A stretch of 64,000 bases of DNA. Source: a bacterium. Its GTDB lineage: Bacteria > Patescibacteriota > Minisyncoccia > JAHIHE01. The DNA lies in assembly GCA_030693205.1 (NCBI GenBank), contig JAUYBG010000011.1, positions 56,793 to 120,792 of the forward strand, given 5' to 3'. The position numbers were made by a program, and so were the translations under genes. Each line of letters begins with the position of its first letter. Within the stretch, counting starts at the first letter, position 1. The notes under the pieces are model-generated. The model saw only the letters and a program-made list of their open reading frames with translations. It made no database searches and was not told the DNA's origin. Shown here one piece after another: positions 52,969 to 63,372 of the stretch.

Positions 52969-54830
52969 ATTTTATATCTTGAATCGGTTAATAATTGATA
53001 ATATTTCCTGATAATGCGCCGCGCACCCACCGCGCTCCAGAGCTGCACCTTAGAAAGCGATACTTGCACGTTCGGCTGATCGGAAAACAATCTCGCGCTG
53101 CCATTATCATCCCAGTAAAGCTCGGGGATAGACCCCATTTTTTCAAAAGCGCCAAGAGTATTTTCCGAGGTTATCAAAATAGCCTTCTTGATCTTCCTGA
53201 TCAATTCCTTGTCCCACTCCTCAATGATCGCCGTTTTTAAAATCCGGCTTAAAGCCAAGATCGTAAAAGCAGTTTGTTTGACCCAGATCACCAATCCGTG
53301 ATACTCCGCCGTAGTATATCCGTAAGTATTATTTTTAGCGATAAGCAGCGGCCCTGATTCGGTATAAAAATACTTTTTATCCAGCAAACGATCGCAAAAA
53401 CTTTCGGCTTCTTCTTTCGACGCGATGCTGTAAGTATACAAATACGACTCATCCAGATGGTTCACCTCCATTTTTTTCCACAGGCTTTTTTTGCTCTTGG
53501 GTTCTGAATTATACAAAGCCAGCGCGTAAGCGATCCTGCCGTCAGCGTTTTTAAAAAGATACTCCTTTTTCTTATTCTGCCATTTCAAAATCAGCTTATC
53601 GATATCCGCGATCCTGATGCCCAGTTTTTCCTGGAAATCTTTGAGCACTTTCAGAGCTTCGGGGTAAAAAACCGCGTTAACATCAAAAGGTGCGATCCCT
53701 TCGGCGATTTTTTTAAAAGCCCAGGAACCATCCCGCCAATTGCCGGACTTCTGATATTTTTCTCCGGGTTTCTGCAGTTTGGAAGGCAGTTCTTTAAAAA
53801 TGATATAATTATGCGCCCTGGCGTTTTCGACGACATAATTGGCCGTGAGCTTTAATTTTTCCCTGTTTTCTTTATTGAGAAAAAAATCGTTCGACAAGAA
53901 TTTCATTCCGAGAATATAGTGCGGCTCGATATCGATCATATGCCGGTCCAGAATATCTTTGCCGGCAATTTCAAATTCATATTTATATTCCCCGACCACA
54001 TCCTCATGCCACCCTTCGCCTTTTTTATTGACATTTTTTAGCGACGCTTCGTACATATAGCTCCTGACCTCGTCATTTAGGTCGTGAGTTCCCAGATCGG
54101 CGGATTCCATCCAATCGCGCGGGAATATCGTTCCGAAACGATCCCCGGATGTTTTACTCCAGCTGATCAAATGCTTTATTTCTTTTTCCGTTCTCAGCCA
54201 TATTTTTTTTATCAATTCTTCCCTTTTCCCGAAAACTCCGAAATCCAGCTCTTCCTCTTTGATATTAAAAAAATTGCCGAATTTTTTGCAATTAATATCA
54301 TTGGTTGACGCCTTGATCAAAAAGTTTATTTTCTTTTCTTTGCTCGAAAGCTCAAACCCTTTATACGGTTTTACGATTTTTTTTATTTTTATGTTTTTGT
54401 TAAATTCAAAAATTGATTCATAGTAAAAATCTTCGTCATAAAACCGCCTGAAACTTATGCTGGAAACGCCATTGTTCTTCTTAAGCTTAATAAACTGCGG
54501 GATCGACCGCTTAAATTCGCGCCTTATTTCCAAAAAAGACTTCGTGTGGTCTTTGCCTTCTTTTTTTAGCTGGCGCATCGTCCTGATGTCATCCATGGCC
54601 GGATAATATAAATTTATGCTGGAAGCGGTAAAAAACCCTTTCACGTATAAAACATTGTTTTTCTCGGCTACGTTTTTAATTTTTATTTTATGGAAAGGAA
54701 TATCGATCAACCCGCAATATAAATGATTATTCGGGCCAATGATCCTGAATTGCCCGATTTCGTCAAAGTCGACATAATAGCCGCCCGCGATCCATAAAGT
54801 TTCTTCAAGTTTTGTGTCATTGCGATCCAT
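52965..54830 (-). CDS. large hypothetical protein, possibly (alpha/alpha)6-barrel glycosidase-like (GDE_C/GH63-like)
   Basis: 621 aa. GDRFGTIFPRDWMESA resembles amylo-alpha-1,6-glucosidase-type motifs. Sits in a sugar-metabolism gene cluster. Weak assignment. Confidence 0.45.
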   Translation of the reverse strand: MDRNDTKLEETLWIAGGYYVDFDEIGQFRIIGPNNHLYCGLIDIPFHKIKIKNVAEKNNVLYVKGFFTASSINLYYPAMDDIRTMRQLKKEGKDHTKSFLEIRREFKRSIPQFIKLKKNNGVSSISFRRFYDEDFYYESIFEFNKNIKIKKIVKPYKGFELSSKEKKINFLIKASTNDINCKKFGNFFNIKEEELDFGVFGKREELIKKIWLRTEKEIKHLISWSKTSGDRFGTIFPRDWMESADLGTHDLNDEVRSYMYEASLKNVNKKGEGWHEDVVGEYKYEFEIAGKDILDRHMIDIEPHYILGMKFLSNDFFLNKENREKLKLTANYVVENARAHNYIIFKELPSKLQKPGEKYQKSGNWRDGSWAFKKIAEGIAPFDVNAVFYPEALKVLKDFQEKLGIRIADIDKLILKWQNKKKEYLFKNADGRIAYALALYNSEPKSKKSLWKKMEVNHLDESYLYTYSIASKEEAESFCDRLLDKKYFYTESGPLLIAKNNTYGYTTAEYHGLVIWVKQTAFTILALSRILKTAIIEEWDKELIRKIKKAILITSENTLGAFEKMGSIPELYWDDNGSARLFSDQPNVQVSLSKVQLWSAVGARRIIRKYYQLLTDSRYKI

Positions 54831-54884
54831 AAGCTTGATAGATATACGCTCTTAATTTAACCTTATTCTTTTTATATTATATCT

Positions 54885-55976
54885 TTATTTGTTTTTCTTT
54901 ACAATTTTTTCATACACTTTTTCGTATTTTTCCACCATTTTCTCCAAAGTAAAATTTTCTTCCACGTGCCGCCGGCAAGCAGCCCGATCAATCTTATCGA
55001 CCTTTTTAACCGCCTCGGCCATTCCTTCAATATTCGGTTCGCCTTTTTTATTAAGCGGAGGAACGATGAATCCGGTTACTCCATCCTTTATCACTTCCCT
55101 GACCGAGCCTCTGTCAAATGCGACGACTGGCGTGCCGCAAGCCATCGCCTCGATCATCACCAAGCCGAACGGTTCTTCCCACTGGATCGGAAAAATAAAA
55201 GCCTTCGCTTTCCGATACAGCTTGGGAAGTTCGACGGGAGAGATCATTCCTTCATAGCTGATATCGCCTCCGATAAACGGTTTGATTTTTTCTTCCCAAT
55301 GAACAGGATCAAGAATTTCTCCGGCAATTTTTAGAGGCATTCCGGACATTTGAGCGATTTTTATCGCCAGATCAAACCCTTTCAACGGCACAATACGCGA
55401 CGCTTCAAACAAATAATCCCCGCCTTCTCCGTCAAATTCATACTTTTTAATATCAATGCCATTATAGACCGTATCGGCATAATTTATTTTCTTGCTCGGC
55501 CCGCGCTGAGAATCGCTGATCGAAACAAAATTAATATTCTTATTCTTTGAATAAAGCTCATAGACAAATTTTCTCCAGCAAGAGATCGGGTCATGAAGAG
55601 TAAAAACCGTCGGCGCTGAACTGTTGACCGCGAAATTAATGGCGATATCAACCGGATGGATATGCACAATATCAAACTCTCCTTTTTGGGCGCGCCGATA
55701 AATTTCCGATACGTATATTTGCTCGTAAAAATTGATCACCCGGTCTTTCCGAATATCAATGCACCCGGGCAACGTCGGATGCGTTTCCAGCGGCGGCAAT
55801 CCCAAATCAACCACTTTTCCCTTGGACTTTGAGCCCTTGGCGCCAAATAAAGTGACTTCGTGCCCTCTTTTCGCCATTTCGTCGGCCAAAAAACTGGCAA
55901 TCCAAAGCGGAGCAAAAATCACGTCTTCTTTTGGAGGCGTGGGATATCGCCCGCTGCAAAACATTGCAATACGCAT
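54885..55976 (-). CDS. GT4-family glycosyltransferase
   Basis: EPFGLVMIEAMACGTPVVAFDRGSVREVIKDGVTGFIV is the GT-B/GT4 EX7E region. Confidence 0.88.
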   Translation of the reverse strand: MRIAMFCSGRYPTPPKEDVIFAPLWIASFLADEMAKRGHEVTLFGAKGSKSKGKVVDLGLPPLETHPTLPGCIDIRKDRVINFYEQIYVSEIYRRAQKGEFDIVHIHPVDIAINFAVNSSAPTVFTLHDPISCWRKFVYELYSKNKNINFVSISDSQRGPSKKINYADTVYNGIDIKKYEFDGEGGDYLFEASRIVPLKGFDLAIKIAQMSGMPLKIAGEILDPVHWEEKIKPFIGGDISYEGMISPVELPKLYRKAKAFIFPIQWEEPFGLVMIEAMACGTPVVAFDRGSVREVIKDGVTGFIVPPLNKKGEPNIEGMAEAVKKVDKIDRAACRRHVEENFTLEKMVEKYEKVYEKIVKKNK

Positions 55977-55980
55977 ATTT

Positions 55981-56922
55981 TTATAAATTTTTAATTGCTT
56001 GATTAAAAGCTGTTAAAATTTTAGCTATTCCTTTCTTTCGGTTTTTCTCGCTGGCATGCGATGATTGCATAAATATCGTGATCATTTTAGGGGCTAATTT
56101 CAATATTGAGAGGAAGAAGCACTTTAAAAATACTTCTTTGTTCTCAGCCCGTTTCATCTCAAGAGCGAATAACTTTTCTCTCCAACCCTCATTAAGCCAG
56201 AACAAGAACCACACAAAAGCCAGATCAATATAGGGATTATCCAAGTGAGCGTATTTCCAGTCATGAACGACTATCTTGCCCTTGTTATAGACAAAATTTC
56301 CCGGATGAAGATCGCCGTGCGCCAAGTAATTATTGTTTTTTTCCAAAAATTTTTCATACTTATCGAATATCTCCAAAACTTTTTTTTGCTGTTTGGCGTT
56401 TATGAATTTCTTGGCTACGCGCAGATAATCTAAAAAATATTTTTTATACGTGGTGACATTGTGTTTTTCGAACAACCGATAATTATCGTCTTTTTTTTGA
56501 CGATTGAATTTATCCGAAATATCATTGCGCACGAAATCCAAAAAATTTGAAATTTCTTCCGGCGATATTTTTTTAACGAATTCCCGGCTGAATCCCCATA
56601 CATCGCCCATTCTTTTCCCTTCCGTGTATTCTCTGATCATCCACTCCGGTTTTTTCACGATTTCGCTTTTATAATATTTAGGCGTAATAAAAAACTTATT
56701 ATGAAAAAAATTTTCTGACAAAAACTTCGTAAGTATCACCTCTTTGATAAAACTTTTATGGCTTACCAACTTCGGATAAAGGCGGATTTTTATGTAAACC
56801 GTTTCTTTTTTTCGGTTCAGGCAGACAGAAGCATAATTGTGATATCGGGAACTGACATTTACAACTTCAACTAATTTTTGCTTTTTTAGTATTGCTTCGA
56901 CTTCGGATAGTTTTTTTGCCAT
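55981..56922 (-). CDS. APH/ChoK-fold phosphotransferase (putative sugar or small-molecule kinase)
   Basis: AHGDLHPGNFVY (catalytic HGD.H.GN) and the VHDWKYAHLDNPYIDLA Mg-binding D-x-E/D region. Confidence 0.7.
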   Translation of the reverse strand: MAKKLSEVEAILKKQKLVEVVNVSSRYHNYASVCLNRKKETVYIKIRLYPKLVSHKSFIKEVILTKFLSENFFHNKFFITPKYYKSEIVKKPEWMIREYTEGKRMGDVWGFSREFVKKISPEEISNFLDFVRNDISDKFNRQKKDDNYRLFEKHNVTTYKKYFLDYLRVAKKFINAKQQKKVLEIFDKYEKFLEKNNNYLAHGDLHPGNFVYNKGKIVVHDWKYAHLDNPYIDLAFVWFLFWLNEGWREKLFALEMKRAENKEVFLKCFFLSILKLAPKMITIFMQSSHASEKNRKKGIAKILTAFNQAIKNL

Positions 56923-57067
56923 AATAGCTATTAAGACCTAAAATAATGGAATTGAATCATTCCACCACCTCTGGAAATCATTAAATTATTTAATTAATCC
57001 AAACACGGCGCATCTCCTCTTTTTCGCGAAGAGGAGATGAAATTTATCCGCATGATCATTATGGTTA

Positions 57068-58105
57068 TTATTCAGCGGCTGAATCTTTTTTCTCGATCTT
57101 TCCTTTAACAGCCTTAATTTCTCCAAGCTTAACCATATTTTCGATGATCTTCATATTGCATCCCTGGTAAGAAAACTTCCAGTAGTCGCCTTTTTTTCTG
57201 GCGTTATCAAGCAGATCATTCATTTTTTCCCAATTTTTATCATCAAGTTTTATCCGGCTTCTGAGCTCAGGGAAACACTCTGCCACATATCTGATCCTTG
57301 AAGCCAATTCCCATGCATTTACTTTCTTCCCGGCCGCCTCGTCACCCTTCAATTCCTCAATATGTTCCAGCATACCTTCTTTATCGCTCGAATCGAACAA
57401 AGATCGGGAGATATCGCCAAATTTTTCCGGATCAAGATTATTCATATGCCCCATACGCGGGATAACCTTATGCCAGTCTTTTTTACCGATCAGATCTCCC
57501 AAATCTTTAACCATTTCTTTCCATTCTTTTTCGCCAATTTCAAAACTACTCTCCTTGAATTCTTTCTCATTCAAAATATCCTTTAAATAACTTGATTGAA
57601 ATTCCCGGATCCATGCTTGTTCTGACTTGATCTCATTTTTAATTCGCTCCGACAATTGAAATTGTTCTTCCGGAGTATTTTCATCTGTCTGTATTCGTCC
57701 TACTTTTCGCTTCTCTTTCATCCAATCTTCCTCAACTTTTTTGGTTTTAGCCTTAACAGCATCTTCAATGTCTTTTTCCATTCTTTCCTTACAATTCTTA
57801 ATATCCCCTTCAGACAATTCTACTTTTTCTATTCCGGCTTCCGGCGCTTCTTTTCTTAGACGAGCAAGCGCCGAGGCTTCAAAAGCCAAGCTTTGTTTGC
57901 CCTCTGTCCCCTCTTTTTTCTTTTCTGATTCCATCTGAGCTTCAATGCCTTTTATATCTTCCGGTCTTATTTCCAGCTCTTCAAGCGTTATTTCCTGATC
58001 GATTTCAGCAATTTCAGGATTCTTTCCCTTCCCTTCCTCTTCAAAAAATTCTTCAGGGAATTGAAATTTCGAATAATCTTCCCTGCCTCTTTTTTCTCGT
58101 TCCAT
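57068..58105 (-). CDS. highly charged E/K-rich hydrophilic protein (hydrophilin/LEA-like composition)
   Basis: 345 aa dominated by E, K, D with no TM segment. Embedded between glycosyltransferase genes. Confidence 0.55.
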   Translation of the reverse strand: MEREKRGREDYSKFQFPEEFFEEEGKGKNPEIAEIDQEITLEELEIRPEDIKGIEAQMESEKKKEGTEGKQSLAFEASALARLRKEAPEAGIEKVELSEGDIKNCKERMEKDIEDAVKAKTKKVEEDWMKEKRKVGRIQTDENTPEEQFQLSERIKNEIKSEQAWIREFQSSYLKDILNEKEFKESSFEIGEKEWKEMVKDLGDLIGKKDWHKVIPRMGHMNNLDPEKFGDISRSLFDSSDKEGMLEHIEELKGDEAAGKKVNAWELASRIRYVAECFPELRSRIKLDDKNWEKMNDLLDNARKKGDYWKFSYQGCNMKIIENMVKLGEIKAVKGKIEKKDSAAE

Positions 58106-58151
58106 ATTTTTATCATTTACTTCACGCTTCCTGAGAGCGTGAAATTATTTA

Positions 58152-59234
58152 TTAAAAGCTTTTATTTTTACTAAGTATTTTTTCGTAAATTTTTTCATAA
58201 GCATCGGTCATTTTTGAAGCGGTAAAATTATCCAAAAAATACTGATGGCAAGCTGACCTGTCGATCTCGTTGATTTTTTTCATTGCCTCTACCAATCCGT
58301 CAATGTTGGTTTTTTTATTTTTATCCAATGGTTTGACTATAAAACCGGATTTGCCTTCGCTTACCACTTCTCTCACCGAACCTCTGTCAAAAGCGATCAC
58401 CGGCGTGCCGGAAGCCATCGCCTCGATCATTACCAGGCCAAACGGCTCTTCCCATTCGATCGGATACAGCAAAGCCTTGGCATTAGAGAAAAACTCGAAC
58501 TTTTGCTTTTGGTTTATTTCGCCGACATATCTTATCTTTTTATTCAAGCGCGGCTTGATTTGAGTATTAAAAAAATCCAATTTCGCAATATCGATCCGTC
58601 CGGCGATATCCAAACGCGCTCCTATTTTTTCGGCCGCGAGAACCGCGTTAAAAACTCCTTTCACCTCGTCAATCCTGGCAATCCAAATAAACTTATCGTC
58701 GGGGTTTAAATTAAACTTATATTTTTTTGGATCCAGCCCATTGTAAGCATTGCCGACAAAATTCAAATTTATCATGGAGTTCTCTCTTTGCTTGAAGCTG
58801 ATCGACACGAAATTATTTTTTCTGTAATGGCGATAGGTAAAAATCCTGCCGGCGTATTTTCTCTTGGTATGCATATTATTATGCATCGTGCTTATTACCG
58901 GCGTTTTGATCAAAGGAATAAAAAATTGGTCGTAAAGATCAACGTGAGAGTGAATAATATCAAACTCATCCGCGCGCTCAAAAGCTCTCGCGACGTTCAT
59001 CATATCATAAGAAGTTTCTTTCCATGGAATTTTATCCCTTAGAAGAGCTCTGGGATAAATAGAAACGAGTTTAGCCGATGTTTTTGAATCTCCGCTGGCA
59101 AACAGCGTAACCTCATGTCCGCGGCGCACCAATTCTTCGGTCAAAGAAGAAATTACCAGCTCGGTTCCTCCATATTTGGCCGGCGGAACCGAAACCCACA
59201 TTGGCGCGATTTGCGCGATTTTTAGTTTTTTCAT
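58152..59234 (-). CDS. GT4-family glycosyltransferase
   Basis: EPFGLVMIEAMASGTPVIAFDRGSVREVVSEGKSGFIV. Paralogous to 54885-55976. Confidence 0.88.
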   Translation of the reverse strand: MKKLKIAQIAPMWVSVPPAKYGGTELVISSLTEELVRRGHEVTLFASGDSKTSAKLVSIYPRALLRDKIPWKETSYDMMNVARAFERADEFDIIHSHVDLYDQFFIPLIKTPVISTMHNNMHTKRKYAGRIFTYRHYRKNNFVSISFKQRENSMINLNFVGNAYNGLDPKKYKFNLNPDDKFIWIARIDEVKGVFNAVLAAEKIGARLDIAGRIDIAKLDFFNTQIKPRLNKKIRYVGEINQKQKFEFFSNAKALLYPIEWEEPFGLVMIEAMASGTPVIAFDRGSVREVVSEGKSGFIVKPLDKNKKTNIDGLVEAMKKINEIDRSACHQYFLDNFTASKMTDAYEKIYEKILSKNKSF

Positions 59235-59302
59235 TCAATATCCTTTCCAATCCCTTGCTCGTAAATGTTGCAAAAATAAGGAAACTTAATTATTAACCTT
59301 GC

Positions 59303-60787
59303 CTACTTGGGAGTACCGGGCGGTACTTTCAAGCTCGATAGCTCCAAAATAAATTTTGACGCCCACCGATAAACATTCTTTTCTTTAACGATCTCTTTCA
59401 TTTTATTCATGCGTTCAACTCGTTCTTTGGCAGGCATCTCCAGAGCACTCTTGATCGCATCCGCCATCTCATCAACGTCATAAGGATTCACCAGCACCGC
59501 ATCGCTTAACTCTCTGGCCGTACCGGTAAAATGCGAGAGCACTAGCATGCCTTTTTCCGGATCAGCGGCGGCAACGAACTCTTTAGCCACAATATTCATT
59601 CCGTCGTCCAGCGAATTAACCATGCAAATATCGGCGTTTTTATAGAAAGGAATGAGCTCTTCGATGCTGAATATATCATCGGTAAAGCTTATCGGATACC
59701 AAGAACTGGAATAATATTTCCAGTTTATCCTTTCAACCAAATTTTTAATATCCTTCAGTAAATTTTGATACATAGGAATGCGCATCCTGGAACGCGGAGC
59801 AATTCCCAAATAAACGAATTTTTTCTGATACTCGGGATATTTTTCCAGAAACCGGTCAATAGCTTTGAGGCGTTCGATCGTTCCTTTGATATAATCAACC
59901 CTCTCAACGCTTAAGCATAAGTATTTGTAATTACTGCTGATATATTTTTCGGTCAGCTTCTGCCTGGTTTTCCGGCTTTTGCCCGCCAGCGAATTGATCA
60001 ACTCATAGTCTATGCCGATTGGAAAAGCTTTTACTATAGTATTATGGTCTTTGTAAGAAACCACCGAGCGCTCGTGGTCTACCTTCGCTTCAAGCTCTTT
60101 GGCAATACTGTTAAAAAAATTGGTGCAATAATAACCCAGATGGAATCCCAGCAAATCGTTCGCCAAAAGTCCTTCTAAAATTTCTTTTTTCCAAGGACAA
60201 ATCCTGAAAATTTCGGCAGCCGGCCAGGGAGTATGCCAAAATTGCGCCACGATCAAATCCGGCCTTTTCGCCTTGAGATATTTTGCGACCAGCGCAAAAT
60301 GATAATCTTGGATCCAAATAAACGCCTTAGCCGAACCCACTTTTTTCAAAACAGCTTCGGCGAATTTTTCGTTTACTTTCTTGTAACACTCCCATTCCGC
60401 CTGATTAAAATTAGGCCGAACGTGAGCCAAATGGCAAAGGGGCCAAAGAGTGCCGTTTGAGAACCCGTCATAATAACAATCCTGCTCTTTTTTGCTAAGC
60501 CAGACTCTTTTAAGAGTATAGCGGGGGTTTTCCGGCGGAACCATTATCTCGTCGTTTTTATCGACTACTTCCTTGTCCGCATCACCGCTGCCGTTAGCGA
60601 TCCAAACTCCTTTTGTGGTTTGCATGATGTAATCCAAAGGAGTTACCGCTCCGCTTACCGCCCGAATGCACTTTATTTTGTTTTCGCTGTAAATATGGCT
60701 ATAAGGTTCGCGGTTGGAAATGACCACGAACATATGATCTTTTAATTTTTCTTTAATAACCTCTTTAAGCGAGTCTCTTGTCCACAT
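59303..60787 (-). CDS. otsA: alpha,alpha-trehalose-phosphate synthase (GT20, OtsA-like)
   Basis: NREPYSH.., the WIQDYHFALVAKYLK (HDYHL-like) and FWHTPWPAAEIFRICPWKKEILEGLL blocks typical of GT20. Confidence 0.88.
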   Translation of the reverse strand: MWTRDSLKEVIKEKLKDHMFVVISNREPYSHIYSENKIKCIRAVSGAVTPLDYIMQTTKGVWIANGSGDADKEVVDKNDEIMVPPENPRYTLKRVWLSKKEQDCYYDGFSNGTLWPLCHLAHVRPNFNQAEWECYKKVNEKFAEAVLKKVGSAKAFIWIQDYHFALVAKYLKAKRPDLIVAQFWHTPWPAAEIFRICPWKKEILEGLLANDLLGFHLGYYCTNFFNSIAKELEAKVDHERSVVSYKDHNTIVKAFPIGIDYELINSLAGKSRKTRQKLTEKYISSNYKYLCLSVERVDYIKGTIERLKAIDRFLEKYPEYQKKFVYLGIAPRSRMRIPMYQNLLKDIKNLVERINWKYYSSSWYPISFTDDIFSIEELIPFYKNADICMVNSLDDGMNIVAKEFVAAADPEKGMLVLSHFTGTARELSDAVLVNPYDVDEMADAIKSALEMPAKERVERMNKMKEIVKEKNVYRWASKFILELSSLKVPPGTPK

Positions 60788-60853
60788 TGTAGTTTTATAA
60801 ATTTTAAATTTTAAAACGGTTCTAAATATTAGGAATGTCTTTTATAACTATAC

Positions 60854-62116
60854 TTACATTTTATGGGTTTCCTTTATAAACACTTCTGCCACTGCATTGG
60901 TCCAGCCAAAACCGGATTGGGGCGGATACCTGTCAAAAGGAACTTTTTCGCCGCTTTCCTCTTCGCCGTCGTATTTCTCCCAGATCTTCCCGGTTTTTTT
61001 CCAATTATCGTAAACCAGTTTCACAAAATCTTTGTTTATTTTTTCTGCCTCTTTCGCGTACCCGTATTTTTCCATTCCTTTGGCCGCTACGTACTGAAGC
61101 GGAGCCCAAACTATCGGATAATTCCACTGCCGGTCTTGATAGCCATAATCTTTATCACAAGCGGCCAAGCCTTTTTTGGTCTCAAAAATTTTAAGATTAT
61201 CTTTCATTTTTTCCGCTTGTTCCTGGCTGGCCAATCCCGTAAACATCGCCTGATAGCCGGCCAATGATTTTATTTTTTTTTGCTCGCCGGTTCTGTAATT
61301 ATAATCATAAAATAAACCATCTTCCTCGCTCCACATCAATTCGTTGATAGTTTTTTTCCTTTCTTCCGATTTTTTATTCCAAATCATTGCCTCATCTTCC
61401 TGGCCAAGTTCTTGGGCAAATTTTTCAAATTCTTTTTCGTATTGATATAAATTGCAATTTAAGTCTATCGGCAACAAGTCATGGACATCTTCGTCGTCAA
61501 ATCTCGGCGACATATCCCAAGACGCTTCGGCGCGGGATTTATAAGTATGCGGTTTTTTATAATCTCCAATTGGCTTATCGCCGCTTTCATCGTAAAAACG
61601 GCTTAAACCGGAAGGCGTTAAATGAGATCCGTCCAGCCAGTATTCATTATACTCTTTTTTTACCAAATCAAAAGCTTTTTCCAGCCATTTTTTATCGTGA
61701 GAATCTTCATAAGCGTCCCTGATCATCGGCGCTAAATACGGCGTTTGCGAACGGGTAGACCATTTTTTCTTATTCGCGTTCAGCGCCTTGCCATAATTCT
61801 CTACCTGATATAAGCAATTGTCAACCATACCCTTGATCAAATCCTGCCTGCCTTCCTCGGTTTTCAGTCCTTTTATTATAAAATAACTGTCCCAATAGAA
61901 CATCGTATTGAATTTTTCTTGATTGGGAGCGACGTATTTTTCCGGCAAATACAAGATATCGTCGGCGTTATCGCTATCCCTGGTAGCGTTTTTAGCTTCA
62001 AAAATAAAATCATCCCATTTTTTTTCAATAAATGCTAAAAGCTCCTTGGCTTGTTCTTTACTAATTTCTTTTTCCATATCATTTTCTTTTTCAGTTTTAA
62101 ATTCGTTTTCTCGCAT
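60854..62116 (-). CDS. alpha,alpha-trehalase (GH37)
   Basis: FNTMFYWDSYF matches trehalase signature 1 (RF.E.YYWDSY). RQWNYPIVWAPLQ matches signature 2 (QWD.P..W.P). Confidence 0.85.
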   Translation of the reverse strand: MRENEFKTEKENDMEKEISKEQAKELLAFIEKKWDDFIFEAKNATRDSDNADDILYLPEKYVAPNQEKFNTMFYWDSYFIIKGLKTEEGRQDLIKGMVDNCLYQVENYGKALNANKKKWSTRSQTPYLAPMIRDAYEDSHDKKWLEKAFDLVKKEYNEYWLDGSHLTPSGLSRFYDESGDKPIGDYKKPHTYKSRAEASWDMSPRFDDEDVHDLLPIDLNCNLYQYEKEFEKFAQELGQEDEAMIWNKKSEERKKTINELMWSEEDGLFYDYNYRTGEQKKIKSLAGYQAMFTGLASQEQAEKMKDNLKIFETKKGLAACDKDYGYQDRQWNYPIVWAPLQYVAAKGMEKYGYAKEAEKINKDFVKLVYDNWKKTGKIWEKYDGEEESGEKVPFDRYPPQSGFGWTNAVAEVFIKETHKM

Positions 62117-62235
62117 AAATTAAATCTATTGGCATATCTTAAAAGCGAAGCCAATTTATTTTTGATTGTACAAGGGGATTCAGGGGTTACCCCTATACAA
62201 GCAAAAATAATTGGCGAGCTTTGCCTTACAAAAAA

Positions 62236-63321
62236 TTAAACCTTTTTCAAATAACTAGCTAAAACTTTCTCATACACTCTTTCGTATCCTTCAGCCATCG
62301 CTTTGGCGCTAAAATGTTGGACCGCGTGTTTCTGGCAAAAAGCGCGGTCGATTTTGCCTATCTTTCCGACCGCTTCCGCCATCTCATCGATATTTTTGAC
62401 GATAAATCCGGTTTTTCCTTCAATGATCTGTTCCCTGACCGGTCCGTTATCAAAAGCGATTACCGGCGTGCCGCAAGCCATGGCTTCGATAGTCACAAGG
62501 CCAAACGGTTCGTTCCAGTTTATCGGATTCAATAATGCTTTAGCATTCCTTAGAAGCTCAATTTTTTCTTTATCACCAAGCTCGCCTAAATAAACAATTT
62601 GTTTTCCATCGATGTGCGGTTTTACTTTTTCTTCATAATATTTCTTGTATTCCTCATTGGCCCAGTCGATCTTTCCACCCATTATTAATTTCATGCCGGT
62701 TTTCTTGGCGACCTGGATCGCTTCGTATGTGCCTTTATCGTGGCAAAATCTTCCCAGCCACGCCAAATAATTTTCCGGCTTAGGGTTGAACTTGAATTCA
62801 GAAAAATCAAGACCGTTATAAACTGTGCCCGCGTAATTTAAAAAACTCAAAGTTCTCTGCGCATTAGAAATAGTGACAAAATTATTTTTTTTATATTTTT
62901 TTAAAAGAAGCAATCTGTCTTGTTTTGCCGGATCGTTCTCTCCCGGCATAACAAAATGAATTGTGACCACAACCGGAGTTTTAATCCAACTGGCAAACGC
63001 AAGCGCTACATAGTCTTGCCTAGTGTTCAGATGCATGTGAATAACATCAAACTGATCGGCTTTGTCGAATGCGTTTGTTATGTGCAAAAGCGGATATAAT
63101 GGATTGCTCCACGGAATTCCATCGCGATAAAGAGCTCTGGGATAAACTGATTCCAATTTTCCTGAAGTTTTTGAATCGCCTGTGGCAAAAAGAGTCACGT
63201 CGTGCCCGTGCCGCACCAGTTCTTCGGTTAAATTATAAACAATTCTCTCTGTCCCTCCATAAAGCGGCGGCGGAGTGGTTTCCCAAATAGCTCCAACTTG
63301 CGCGATGCGAAGTTTTTTCAT
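62236..63321 (-). CDS. GT4-family glycosyltransferase
   Basis: EPFGLVTIEAMACGTPVIAFDNGPVREQIIEGKTGFIV. Tandem paralog of the next gene. Confidence 0.88.
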   Translation of the reverse strand: MKKLRIAQVGAIWETTPPPLYGGTERIVYNLTEELVRHGHDVTLFATGDSKTSGKLESVYPRALYRDGIPWSNPLYPLLHITNAFDKADQFDVIHMHLNTRQDYVALAFASWIKTPVVVTIHFVMPGENDPAKQDRLLLLKKYKKNNFVTISNAQRTLSFLNYAGTVYNGLDFSEFKFNPKPENYLAWLGRFCHDKGTYEAIQVAKKTGMKLIMGGKIDWANEEYKKYYEEKVKPHIDGKQIVYLGELGDKEKIELLRNAKALLNPINWNEPFGLVTIEAMACGTPVIAFDNGPVREQIIEGKTGFIVKNIDEMAEAVGKIGKIDRAFCQKHAVQHFSAKAMAEGYERVYEKVLASYLKKV

Positions 63322-63372
63322 AAATATGTTTTACAGATTATTTTCCTATAAATTTTATACTTTAGTCAGAGG